Of a DNA stretch of 64,000 nucleotides, positions 40,816 to 51,000 are shown one piece after another (within the stretch, counting starts at the first letter, position 1; each line of letters opens with the position of its first letter). The stretch lies in NCBI GenBank assembly GCA_965116905.1, contig OZ220732.1:3392001-3456000 (forward strand). The letters are read 5' to 3'. The notes under the pieces are model-generated. The model was not told where the DNA came from, did no database searches, and was given only the letters and a program-made list of their open reading frames with translations. Origin of the DNA: Longimicrobiales bacterium (lineage in GTDB: Bacteria; Gemmatimonadota; Gemmatimonadetes; Longimicrobiales; Gaopeijiaceae). The position numbers and the translations under genes are program-made.

Positions 40816-43179
40816 TTGGCGGACAATTCCAGCGAGTTGAGACAAGAGATCGAGGCGCTCCGGGAACGCGTCTCAAGGCTGAGCGCCGCCGTCCTGCGCG
40901 CGAGCAGCAGCCTGGACCTGGACACCGTGCTGCAGGAGGTGCTCGACAGCGCATGCGCCCTGACCGGGGCCCGCTTTGGCGTGATCGTCACCGTCGACAG
41001 CACTGGACAGGCCGGCGAGTGGGTAATGTCCGGCTTCGATCCGGTAGAGCACGAAGCGCTGGTCGCCTGGCCGTACGGCCCGCAGCTCTTCGAACACCTC
41101 AGAAGTCTTGCCGCGCCGATTCGCGTCGGGGACCTGCCTGCCTATGTCCGTGCGCTGGGCTTCTCGGGCGACGTGATGCCGTCGAAGACGATGGTGGGCA
41201 CGCCGCTGCGACACCGGGACATGAACGTCGGCAACTTCTTTCTCGGCGAGAAGGAAGGCGGGCAGGAGTTCACGCAGGCCGACGAGGAAGTCCTGACGCT
41301 GTTCGCCGCCCAGGCCGCTACCGCGATCGCCAACGCTCGCGCGCACCGCGAGGAGCGCAGGGCGCGGGCGGATCTGGAGACGCTGATCGAGACTTCGCCG
41401 GTAGGGGTGGTGGTTTTCGACGGGCCAACCGGCGAGCTGGTGTCGTTCAACCGCGAAGCGCGCCGGATCGTCGACGCGCTGAGCACGCCGGGGCAGGCTC
41501 CGGAGCAACTGTTGGAGACGATCATCTGCCACCGCGCGGACGGGCGGGAGATTGCCCTGGCCGAGTTTCCGATGGCGCAGTTGCTGGTCAATGCCGAGAC
41601 ATTGCGCGCCGAGGAGATGACGCTTTCCGTCGCGGATGGCCGGAGCGTGACCGCGCTGGTCAACTCGACGCCGCTCAAGGCTGACGACGGGACCGTGCTT
41701 TCGGCCATGGTCACGCTGCAGGATCTGGAGCCGCTGGAGGAACTGGAGCGCATGCGTGCGGAGTTCCTGGGGATCGTGAGTCACGAGTTGCGAACGCCGC
41801 TCATCTCGATCAAGGGCTCCACGGCGACCGTCCTGGGCGCCTCGCCGGCGCCGGACCCGGCCGAAATGCTGCAGTTCTTCCGGGTCATCGACGAGCAGGC
41901 CGACCGCATGCGCGGCCTGATCGGCGAGCTGCTCGACCACGGGCGGATCGTGACCGGCACCCTTTCGGTGTCGCCCGAGCCCACGGATGTCGCGGCTCTC
42001 GTGGATCAGGCCCGGAGTACGTTCGTGAGCGGGACCGGCAGGCACACGCTCGACATCGACCTGCCGGAGGACCTGCCGCGCGTGCTGGCCGACCCGGCGC
42101 GGATCGTCCAGGTCCTGAGCAATCTTCTGTCCAACGCCGCCAAGTACTCTCCCGAAGCGTTGCCCATCACGATCGACGCAAAGCGGGACGGCGTGCACGT
42201 CGCGATCTCCGTGAGCGACAAGGGCCGCGGTGTGCCGCCGGACCGGCTGTCGCACCTGTTCCGCAAGTACGCCGCGCCGGTCGGAGGAGACCGCGAGCGA
42301 GGCGAGGCGGGGGCCGGGCTCGGGCTCACCATATGCAGGGGCCTTGTGGAGGCCCACGGGGGCCGGATCTGGGTCGAGAGCGGCGGCGTGGGACAGGGAA
42401 CGCGATTCACCTTCACGGTGCCCGTGGCCGAGGAGCCGGACACCGTGTCCGAGCGCGTCGCCATGGCCGGATCGCGCGGAGCTCCGCAGACGCATGAGAA
42501 GACGCGCGTCCTGGTGGTGGACGACGACCCCCAGATGCTTCGGTACCTCCGGGACGCGCTCACCGGCGCGGGCTACGCCACCGTCGTGACGGGGGACGCG
42601 GACGACGTTGCCGGCCTCGTCGCGCAGCACAAGCCCGGGCTGGTCGTGCTGGACCTGCTCCTTCCCGGTACCGACGGCATTGCGTTGATGGAGCGGGTGC
42701 CGCAGTTGAGCGACGTGCCCGTCATCTTCATCTCTGCCTACGGGCGGGACGAAACCATCGTCAGGGCGCTGGACGCGGGCGCGGCGGACTATATCGTCAA
42801 GCCGTTCTCTCCGTCGGAGCTGACGGCCAGGGTGCGGGCCGCCCTGCGGCGCGTCGCGGGGCCCGAGCCCTTCGTCCTCGGGGAACTGGCCATCCGATAC
42901 GACCGGCGGCACGTCTCCGTCGCCGGCGAGCAGGTGCAGCTGACCCCCACGGAGTACGAGCTGCTGCGAGTGCTGTCGGTGAACGCGGGGCGGGTGGTGA
43001 CACACGAGTCGCTCTTGCGGCAGGCCTGGCGCGGAGGAGATCAGCGCCCGCCGGACCCCAAGCTGGTGCGGGCCGTCATCAAGCGGCTCCGCCGCAAGCT
43101 GGGCGACGACGCGGCCAACCCGGAGTACGTCCGGAACGAGCGCGGGGTCGGGTACTTCATGCCGGCGGGGTCTGGGTAG
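40816..43179 (+). CDS. Soluble hybrid GAF-PAS-HisKA-HATPase-REC-winged-helix (OmpR-type) regulator
   Basis: SHELRTPL, NLLSNAAKYS, D.G.G, GAGLGL; REC VLVVDDD..LDL..PG.DG..ISA..DYIVKPF; C-terminal LTPTEYELL..L...R.KL...ERGVGY; TTG start; no TM helix. Confidence 0.92.
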   Translation: MADNSSELRQEIEALRERVSRLSAAVLRASSSLDLDTVLQEVLDSACALTGARFGVIVTVDSTGQAGEWVMSGFDPVEHEALVAWPYGPQLFEHLRSLAAPIRVGDLPAYVRALGFSGDVMPSKTMVGTPLRHRDMNVGNFFLGEKEGGQEFTQADEEVLTLFAAQAATAIANARAHREERRARADLETLIETSPVGVVVFDGPTGELVSFNREARRIVDALSTPGQAPEQLLETIICHRADGREIALAEFPMAQLLVNAETLRAEEMTLSVADGRSVTALVNSTPLKADDGTVLSAMVTLQDLEPLEELERMRAEFLGIVSHELRTPLISIKGSTATVLGASPAPDPAEMLQFFRVIDEQADRMRGLIGELLDHGRIVTGTLSVSPEPTDVAALVDQARSTFVSGTGRHTLDIDLPEDLPRVLADPARIVQVLSNLLSNAAKYSPEALPITIDAKRDGVHVAISVSDKGRGVPPDRLSHLFRKYAAPVGGDRERGEAGAGLGLTICRGLVEAHGGRIWVESGGVGQGTRFTFTVPVAEEPDTVSERVAMAGSRGAPQTHEKTRVLVVDDDPQMLRYLRDALTGAGYATVVTGDADDVAGLVAQHKPGLVVLDLLLPGTDGIALMERVPQLSDVPVIFISAYGRDETIVRALDAGAADYIVKPFSPSELTARVRAALRRVAGPEPFVLGELAIRYDRRHVSVAGEQVQLTPTEYELLRVLSVNAGRVVTHESLLRQAWRGGDQRPPDPKLVRAVIKRLRRKLGDDAANPEYVRNERGVGYFMPAGSG

Positions 43180-44354
43180 ACCCAGCCCTCACCCGGCAGC
43201 TGCCCGAGAGGCACGAGACCGCCCTGCCCGCCTGATACACACGCTCCTCCATCGACAACGGGGCACAGGTTGAGGTCCAGGCTGTCGAAGTACGCGAGGC
43301 GGTTGGGGATCGCCGCCGTGATCGTGTCCGCCATGCCCTCGGTGATGCGGTCCCTGCGGTGCCTGACGGCGAGCCAGGCGCTGAAGCTCTCGGCCAGGTC
43401 CTCACGGTCAGGGTAATCCCGGGCGTAGGTCGAGATGAACGTGGGGTCGGCTGCCTGCGCCGCCCGCCAGCCGGGCGCGTCCGCGTGCGTCGAATCGAGC
43501 GACGTATGGACACCCTCATGGACAAACGCCTCGGCGAGGAACCCCTGTTGCCGGTATTCTTCGCCGCGGCCGGTGTGTACGAGCAGCGAGCGGTTGCCGC
43601 CCCCGAACGCCTCGTTGCCCCGGTGTATCCAGACGGCGTCCACGTCCTCCCGAAGTGCAGCCGGAATCCGGCCGATCGCGGGCGCGTATTCGCGGGCTGC
43701 CGCCTCGGCCTCCGTCCAGGTGCCGAACTCCGGGTTGACCTGGAACTCGGTGGTCGGCCCGTTGGCAAAGGTGGCGTCGAACAGGTAGGCCTGGATCGTG
43801 ATCCACCTCGCGGGGCGCCGGTCGTAGACGAGCCGCTCGCCGCGGCCGGCCGGCTCGAGATCCACGAAGTCCGTGGTGTCCGATGGAAGAATGATGTCCG
43901 GGTCCAGGAAGACAGTGCCGCGATAGGGCGGAGCCCGGTGTGGGGCGTCCACCGTGAGTCGGGCGGTACCCTGTACGCTCCCGGTTGCGGCTGTGATCGT
44001 CGCGGTGCCGTTACCCACGGCCGCCGCAAGTCCGGAGGCGTCTATCGTCGCGACCGAGGCGTCGGCGCTCGACCAGGCGACCGAGACTCCCGCCAACACC
44101 CGTCCGTTCTGGTCTCGCACCTCGGCCGAGAACCGCACGGTCTCGCCCAGCGCCGTCAGTTCCGCGGTGGACGGGGTAACGGTCACCGTCGTCGCGCGAG
44201 GTGGATCTGTGGGCGGGGGTGCGGGCCCGGTCGCGCCATCGCCGCATGCGACGGTCCAGGCCAGCAGGACCGCCACCAGGGCCGGTCGTGCACCATTCGT
44301 GCCCCAGCCACCCCGTGGCGCCATGGCCGCCCGTGACATCGCCGACGTCATCAT
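43041..44354 (-). CDS. Ig-like (Big_2) domain lipoprotein with HExxH zinc-peptidase-like motif; 3' end probably truncated
   Basis: TVAC lipobox; VTVTP..AEL.ALGETV.F.AEVRDQNG...WSS.D.SVAT Ig domain; HEGVH and REDLAES; frame overlaps the convergent kinase by ~140 nt; start uncertain. Confidence 0.65.
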   Translation of the reverse strand: MMTSAMSRAAMAPRGGWGTNGARPALVAVLLAWTVACGDGATGPAPPPTDPPRATTVTVTPSTAELTALGETVRFSAEVRDQNGRVLAGVSVAWSSADASVATIDASGLAAAVGNGTATITAATGSVQGTARLTVDAPHRAPPYRGTVFLDPDIILPSDTTDFVDLEPAGRGERLVYDRRPARWITIQAYLFDATFANGPTTEFQVNPEFGTWTEAEAAAREYAPAIGRIPAALREDVDAVWIHRGNEAFGGGNRSLLVHTGRGEEYRQQGFLAEAFVHEGVHTSLDSTHADAPGWRAAQAADPTFISTYARDYPDREDLAESFSAWLAVRHRRDRITEGMADTITAAIPNRLAYFDSLDLNLCPVVDGGACVSGGQGGLVPLGQLPGEGWVYPDPAGMKYPTPRSFRTYSGLAASSPSLRRSRLMTARTSLGSGGR

Positions 44355-44539
44355 ACGACCTCTAAGCGATACGTTTGTCGCGATGACAACTTTACATGAC
44401 ATTTTCATGGCCGTCATCGGAGACTCCGGTTCATTCTTTCCGGTCCATATCGGGATCTCCGCGACCGGTCAGCACCCCCAAACCGGTCTTGGGTGCCCCA
44501 AAGGTGTCACCCGGCGGGTCGGTGTCGCGGTCAGCCCCC

Positions 44540-44751
44540 CGCCCCGGCCGAGCCCAGGACGTGCGCGCGAAAGTCCTGCCGAAGCGTGTCCACGGAGCGG
44601 GTCACGCCCCGTCAGTTCTCCGCGAATCTCCGCGTGAGCCTTGCGGTTTTCGCGGCGCAGGTTTTCCACCATGCGCCAGCCGAATGCCCATCACCCCCAC
44701 AATGCTCAAGACGAACGTCCCCATCAGACCCGCGGCCTGCCACCAATCCAT
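44540..44751 (-). pseudogene. Frameshifted MDWWQ family copy 2
   Basis: MDWWQAAGLMGTFVLSIVGVMGI, then in other frames WRMVENLRRENRKAHAEIRGELTG and VTRSVDTLRQDFRAHVLG; homologous to 25990-26430; 3' limit approximate. Confidence 0.55.
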
Positions 44752-44761
44752 CCGTCCTCCT

Positions 44762-44803
44762 CCCGTGCCGGTGTTCGGTCCCCGACCCACCGAAGGTACC
44801 GAC
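44762..44803 (-). repeat. Conserved leader/promoter element, copy 2
   Basis: Matches 26461-26501; TTGCGG-N18-TACCTT on the minus strand. Confidence 0.75.
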
Positions 44804-44994
44804 CGACCGACGGGGGCCGCAACGGAATCGCGCCGATCCAGAATCTCGATGGATCGAGGGGCGCCCGAATAGCGGGATGGGACGGGTCATCGCGGCGGTG
44901 TCCGCGTTTGCGATTGACGGGTGACCGGCTAGGTTGCGGTAGGGGGCGAAACGGGGACGGGCAGGTCGTGCTGCCCAGGGGAAGGGACGGTGTG

Positions 44995-45213
44995 ATGAAG
45001 GAATGGCTGGAGTCGTGGAAGGCTGTCGCTACAATCATGGCGGCGGTGGTAGGCGGTACGCTGTGGATCGCTACCAGCATCGGACAAGTCCGAACCGAGT
45101 TGCGGGACGAGATTCACTCCCTGGAGGTCCGCATGGAGGGCCGTCTCAGCGCGGTCGAAGCCAAGCTGGACGTGCTCATCGACGCTCTGGACATCCAGGC
45201 CGGCGACGACTAA
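44995..45213 (+). CDS. Small TM + coiled-coil protein (72 aa)
   Basis: MKEWLESWKAVATIMAAVVGGTLWIA then amphipathic heptads VRTELRDEIHSLEVRMEGRLSAVEAKLDVL. Confidence 0.65.
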   Translation: MKEWLESWKAVATIMAAVVGGTLWIATSIGQVRTELRDEIHSLEVRMEGRLSAVEAKLDVLIDALDIQAGDD

Positions 45214-45320
45214 TGAGGGGCTACGGCACATAGCGTTAGGTTCAGACAAGCGACCGGCGCGGTTGCCTCGGCAACCCGACTGAACGGTTGCCTGGGGGGC
45301 GGGCGGTTCTCTCGTTCGGC

Positions 45321-45344
45321 GAGAGGCTGCCGCCTCTCTTTGTT
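45321..45344 (+). terminator. Possible intrinsic terminator
   Basis: gagaggc-tgcc-gcctctc-tttgtt. Confidence 0.45.
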
Positions 45345-45391
45345 GCCCAACCTGGAACATCACGGCATGACTAGGGGGTTAGTCAATCCGC

Positions 45392-45870
45392 TCAGCTCTC
45401 CCGGGCACTCGCGAGCAGGTCGGCGCTCGTCTCGCATTCGATGACCCGCTGGCCAATACGGGCGAGGTGCTCTGGATCGGTGACCCCCTCCAGCAGTTGC
45501 GACAGACGCTCGGCCGTCTCCGGCCCGAACTTGAGCCTCGCCTGTCGGCAAACCATTGTGGCACGGCCTTCCGCACTGCCCTTATCCGACCACTGCTGAT
45601 CCCGTTCCTCGTTGCCGAGTCCCCGCAGAATACCAACGGTGTAGTCCATCATCCGCAGCGCCCCATGCGGCGATCGATGGTCGACTGGAACTTGAGCAGC
45701 ACGAACAGGTAGAGCCAGCTGCCTTCGACCGCCAGGGCCTTCCAGAGCATGTCGGCGTGCCGCTGGCCGAGCCGTGTGGCAGCCAGACGCCTCTGACCTC
45801 GTTGCTGTCGAAGCTGGAAGACCGCGTCGAGGCCGTCCTCGATCTCATGAGGGCCAAGCCATGCCAGGGC
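45392..45870 (-). pseudogene. Rpn family (recombination-promoting nuclease/transposase_31-like) remnant
   Basis: Fragments in different frames: QRHADMLWK...WLYLFVLLKFQSTIDRRM / MMDYT / MVCRQARLKFGPETAERLSQLLEGVTDPEHL..IG..VIECET; large internal deletion. Confidence 0.7.
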
Positions 45871-45890
45871 ACGGATGACCACTCCCGCCC

Positions 45891-47219
45891 CTACTCCTTC
45901 TCCCTCAACTCCAGCGGCGGCCGCCATTCCTCCACTCCCGGCAGCCGCCGGCCCCAGGTGTTGCCGTAGGGATCGCTCGCCCCCGACAGGAACCGGATCG
46001 CGAGCCGGTGCAGCATGTTCACCTTCGGTACGAAGCCGTGGAAGCCGGCCAGCCCGGACAGCGCCCGGTCCCTCAGTTCCCAGTAGCCCAGGTCGCCGGG
46101 GGTGACGCAGATGACGCGGGACTCGTTCATGAACGGAGGGATGGCGCCCGCAAGCGGCACGGTGCCGTCGCCGGTGTTGCGCCTGACACCCTGGTCCTCC
46201 GATTCCCAGTCGTTTCGGCGCTCGTCGGAGCTGAGGAGGAAGCGGGGCCTGCTCTCCTCGTCGCGCCCGACCCGCAGCGCAACACGGGTTTCCGTATCGA
46301 CACCCGCGACCGCGAGCCAGTCGTCGTCGCGCAGGATGTTCCCGCTCGACTCGTTGCGGGCTTCCTCGCCCGCCGTGCCGCTCCCGGCCACCAGCCTCAA
46401 CCCCGAGATCCGCTCCCGGTGCGCCCTGGCCGCGTCGAGCATGTCCTTGAACAAGTCCGTGCCTGCCACGCGCCAGCCCCTGACCTGGTGCACGATCGTG
46501 CGGATCACGCTGGGCTGCCAGGCGTCCGGGTGAAAGATGTCCGATTCCATGCCGTCTTCCACGACGAGCGCGCCGTCGAAGCTCGGCAGCAGGTGGTAGA
46601 GCGCCGGCGTCATGCGCGCCATGCGGCGTTCCCGTGCCCCGCCCGAATTGTCGCCCAGGTCGGCCGTGCCGGTGGCCAGCTTGAGAATCGCTTCGTGCGA
46701 CCCCTGAAACGGCGACGCCAGGGTCACCACCTTGTGGACGGCGCCGCCGCCGTGGCGTTCGATGTAGCCAGCGATGATCAGCCCGCCCATCGAATGCCCG
46801 ACCAGGTTGACCGTCGGGTTGCGCCTGTAGTCCTCGTCGTCCCTGTAGTGCTTCAGCAGCAGGGTTCGGTCGATGACCTCCTGGACGAACGCGGCCAGCC
46901 GTTCCTCGATCCGGTCCAGCGGCAGCCGCCAGTCGTAGCCGAAGGGAAAGACCGGCGCCGGTTCGTCTTCCTCACCGGCCAGACCGTCCCGCAGCTCCTC
47001 GGTCAGGTCCTCGTAGATGAGCGGGAAAGGACCGCCGGAAGAGACGCGGGCCGGCTCGAGCAGCTCGTAGCGCTGGTCCTCCGGATGCACGGTGATCCGG
47101 TCGTAGCGCTTGTTGCGCACCGCGGTCCAGACGGCTTCGGGCGGCAGCTCGTACTCGTCGTGCAGAACGGATGCCGTGATCCCGGGGATGACGATGGTCG
47201 GGGATGTAGTGATGGGCAT
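45891..47219 (-). CDS. LCAT/PGAP1-like alpha/beta hydrolase (lipase/acyltransferase)
   Basis: IPGITAS, FGYDWRL, VGHSMGG, TLASPFQGS, GDGTVP and H motifs. Confidence 0.85.
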   Translation of the reverse strand: MPITTSPTIVIPGITASVLHDEYELPPEAVWTAVRNKRYDRITVHPEDQRYELLEPARVSSGGPFPLIYEDLTEELRDGLAGEEDEPAPVFPFGYDWRLPLDRIEERLAAFVQEVIDRTLLLKHYRDDEDYRRNPTVNLVGHSMGGLIIAGYIERHGGGAVHKVVTLASPFQGSHEAILKLATGTADLGDNSGGARERRMARMTPALYHLLPSFDGALVVEDGMESDIFHPDAWQPSVIRTIVHQVRGWRVAGTDLFKDMLDAARAHRERISGLRLVAGSGTAGEEARNESSGNILRDDDWLAVAGVDTETRVALRVGRDEESRPRFLLSSDERRNDWESEDQGVRRNTGDGTVPLAGAIPPFMNESRVICVTPGDLGYWELRDRALSGLAGFHGFVPKVNMLHRLAIRFLSGASDPYGNTWGRRLPGVEEWRPPLELREKE

Positions 47220-47312
47220 GGGGGATTCCAGAATCGACCGCACGAGATTACGGTGGTCGGAGAGGGTTTGCAACCGCGCCGGTCGCATGGCCGAACTTGT
47301 CGCTGGGTTCCC

Positions 47313-48008
47313 CTACCGAACCACCGCCGCCCTCACCGACCCAACCGAAACCTGCTCGTACATCGTAGTCGCCGCCTGTTCCACGGTGGCCACGTAGTTG
47401 TGCAGCTCGCTGATGTCCTCGCTCCAGAAACGCAGCATGACGTCGCTCTGTCCCAGACGCGCTCCCTGGACGGGATTGGCCACGAACGCGCGCAGGCCAT
47501 TGGCGAGCGAAACCTGGTAGGCCGTCAGATTCGGTCCGGCTTGCACGGAGTCGAGGGACGGCCCTTCCACGCGCAACACGACGGCTCCCAGGTCGGGCAC
47601 GGCATCCTGCACTATGACGTGCAGCGGCCCGGGTTTGGCGACGACCGTGATGACCAGTGTCTGCGCTGCTGACAGCCCGCCCGGATCGCTGGCGGTCACT
47701 GTGACTGTCGCCGTCCCCTTCGTCAATGCGACGACGGATACGACCGCGCCCGTCACCGACGCGGTTGCCACGGACGCGTTCGATGTCGTCGCGGAAAAGA
47801 CCAGCCTGTCGTTGTCGGGGTCGTTGAAGTAGGCGGACACATCGACGGTCACCGTATCCGTGGCCGGCACCTCCTGGGCCGGAATGCTGCCCACGGCGAC
47901 CGGCGCCTGGTTGACGGGCGGCGGTGTTACCACGGGTGCGTCGTCCCCACAGGAATAGAGCGCGGCCATGACCGAAACGCCCACCACCAGCAGTGCGATC
48001 CGCTTCAT
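47313..48008 (-). CDS. Ig-like domain lipoprotein
   Basis: MKRIALL...YSC lipobox; NQAPVAVGSIP...YFNDPDND.L.F.A...G.ATVTVTASDPGGL.A.Q; overlaps upstream stop (ATGA). Confidence 0.8.
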   Translation of the reverse strand: MKRIALLVVGVSVMAALYSCGDDAPVVTPPPVNQAPVAVGSIPAQEVPATDTVTVDVSAYFNDPDNDRLVFSATTSNASVATASVTGAVVSVVALTKGTATVTVTASDPGGLSAAQTLVITVVAKPGPLHVIVQDAVPDLGAVVLRVEGPSLDSVQAGPNLTAYQVSLANGLRAFVANPVQGARLGQSDVMLRFWSEDISELHNYVATVEQAATTMYEQVSVGSVRAAVVR

Positions 48009-51000
48009 GGCCGCCTCCCCGCAGAATCGCTCACCGTTCGGGGAGCCGGCGCGGATGTCGGCGCACACCCGCCGCCGGTCCCACCGGCATCGGGCGCGGC
48101 ACAATGGTGGAGCCACCTCAGGACGTCACCGGCATTGAACTTGCCATCCTGGTTGCCGAACCACTCCAGAAAACGGACCTGCGCATCCGCAAGGTGCTCC
48201 TGGCCGAGGAGTTGAAGCGCCGCCGCGTCTACACCGATCGGATCCTGCACGTCGAAGCGGTCCACGATCAGGCCATGCAGGTGTGGATGGTCCCTCACGC
48301 CGATCCTGATCGTGTCTTCATGGATCCCCGCCTCGAGCGCAGCGGCCGACCGGTTCCAGACGATCGGATCCGACCGGCCGCCGGCCGTCTGCTCCAATTC
48401 CAGCCACGACCCGCCGCTCTCCGCAAACCACACCGCCGACTCGGCTCCAAATCCCGACAGGCCGACAGACAGCGAGTCTCCCTGCGCCCGAGCCAGGCCC
48501 GCGACGCCCAGGCCGTCGGCCATGTGTAGGGCGATCAGCGCCAGCGGAGGTTCCACCGACAGGCTGTCCAGAAACGCCACGGGGCTCTCGGCGGCCAGCG
48601 GCCCGGAAATGAGAATCGTATCGACGTAGAGTCCGACACCCAGTTCACTAACGTCGCCGGTCCAGGTCACCGTACCGTCACCTGTCCCCGATGCCTGGAC
48701 GAGGTCGGCCCATCCCGGTCCGGATCGGGTCGCGCTCCACGGCGTCAACGCCGCGCGAGGGCCATCGAATTCGACGTCCACCGAGTCCGTGACCGCTTCT
48801 CCGTGCCCCATGGGCAGGGACCTCTTGCTGCCGGTGCGCGCGGCGGCAATCGTGCTCCAGTACCGCGCTCGAAGTTCAACAGGAATCACGACGGGGTCCG
48901 TTCCCGCAACATCTACGGTAATGGTCCCCTTGTGGTCTCCTGGAAGAAGGTCCGCCCCCGTCGCGATCGTGTAATCGAACCGTCCCCGTCCGACACCCGC
49001 ACCGTCCGCGACCGACAGCCAGGGCTGATCCGCTGTGCGCGCAGTCCACGGAGCACCGTAGTCGCCGCGGCCGCGCGGAGCCACGATCACCGTGCCGCCA
49101 AACGACGTGTCCGTTGCAGCGAACGCCGTATCGGCCACCGTTCCAGGGCGTGTGCTTGCAAGCAGCGGAATGTCGATGGGAATCTCGAACATCCCGCGTC
49201 CGTGCGTGGCCGCAACCAGACGGCCCGTACCCGGCTGGGCCGCAAGGTCGAACACCGCAACCATTGGAAACGCATCATCCAACGGGCTCCAGATCCCCCC
49301 GCCCCTGGCCGAGTAGAACACTCCAAGGTCGGTGCCGATGTAGACTCCGGCCGGGTCGGCGGGATCGTAGAGAACGGCATTGACCGGCATGTCCGGCAGG
49401 TTCCCCGACCGGTCTTCCCACGTCTCTCCGCCATCGGTGGTTTCGAACACATGGCCGGTTCCGAACCCTCCGACGACGGCGTAGGCTTGATCGGGATCGG
49501 TTGGGTGGACGGCCAGGTCGCCGACGTAGCGACTGGGCAGACTGCCTTCTTGCCCGGACCACGTCGCGCCGCCATCGCGAGTGGCGAAGACCATCGGTCC
49601 GCTTCTGGCGTAGGAGAGGCCAATGTAGACGACATCAGGATCTGACGCGGAAGGCGCTATCGCAGATATCCTGGACCGCCCGTCCCCCTCGAATACCGGC
49701 ACCCATGTCTCGGCCCGGTCGTCCGTCCTGTACAGTCGTGTCGTGCCGAAATAGAGCCGCCTTGAGTCAATGGGGTCCATGACGAAAGGCGGTATGAAGA
49801 GGCGTTCATCGTCTTCGTTGATGCCCATGCCGACGAATTCGCCGTTCCTGCGCGGCTGGTCGAGCTGGTACTCCCCGTACCAGATGCTCGGATCTTCGGC
49901 GTCGAAAGCGGTGAACCCGCCATCGCCGCCCATCACCTTGGTCCAGATCGTGGTGCCCGCGGCTGACCGCTGAGTCCCCTGATCCTGCGTACCGCCGAGG
50001 GTGACGGCCGGATCCAACGGATGCAGTGCGATCCCCGAGTAGAACTGGGTGATGGCGAGGTTGGTGGAAAGCGACGTGTAGGTCGCGCCCGCATCCATCG
50101 AACGGTAGACGCCGCCGTCGTTGGCCAGGTAGAGCACGTCGGGGCCGGTCAGGGTATCGAAGACCATCAGGTGCTGGTCCACATAGGTATCCTCGGGGTG
50201 GAACTCACGAAATGTGCGGCCGCCATCTTCCGACAGATACAGCAGCAGGGTGCCCAGGTTGACCCGGTCCGCGTCTTCCGGATGCACCGCCAGCGTCATG
50301 TCGTACCAGCACTGACGATGGCAGCTCGCCCCGGTTGCCTCGACGTGCGTCCAGGTATCGGCGCCATCGTCGCTGCGGTACATCAGCAAGCCCTCTCGCC
50401 GGGCATCCTCCGACCGGTCGTAGATGCTCGCATACAGCACATCCGGGTCCGAGGGCGCCACGGCAAGGTTGACCCGGCCCACCTCGGCATGCTCGGGAAA
50501 CGCCGGCGACACGGAGATCCACGACACGCCACCGTCCATGGAACGGTAGATCACGGGTTTGTCCCTGGCGTCGCGGCGATCTCGTCTCAGCGCAGCATAC
50601 AAGAGAGCCGGATCACCGGGCCTCATGACCAGATCCGTCACGACTCCGTCCAGGACTGTCCTCCACGTTCGGCCACTGTTCTCCGACCGAAAGAGTCCGT
50701 AGGTCGACGCGACCATGACCACCGTGGCGTTCGTCGTGCCGGCCGAACTCGGATCGATATGCACGCGCGAGATCCGGGTCCCACCCCAGCCCTGGCGCTG
50801 GAACACGCTGGATCCGAGCTGCTCCCAGGTGATTCCGCCGTTGGTCGACCGCAGAACGCCGCACCCGTAGTAGCTGTCTCCGGAAAAATGCTGCTCGCCG
50901 GTGCCCGCATAGATGATTTCGGGGTTGACGGGGTCGATCGCGATCGACCCCATCGCAAGCGAACATTCGCTGTCCGTCAGAGGCCGCCACGACGCGCCGG

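Noticed and set aside
44359..44390. Second lox-like site (cctctaag match)
   Set aside because: Only about 8 nt match and there is no complementary arm
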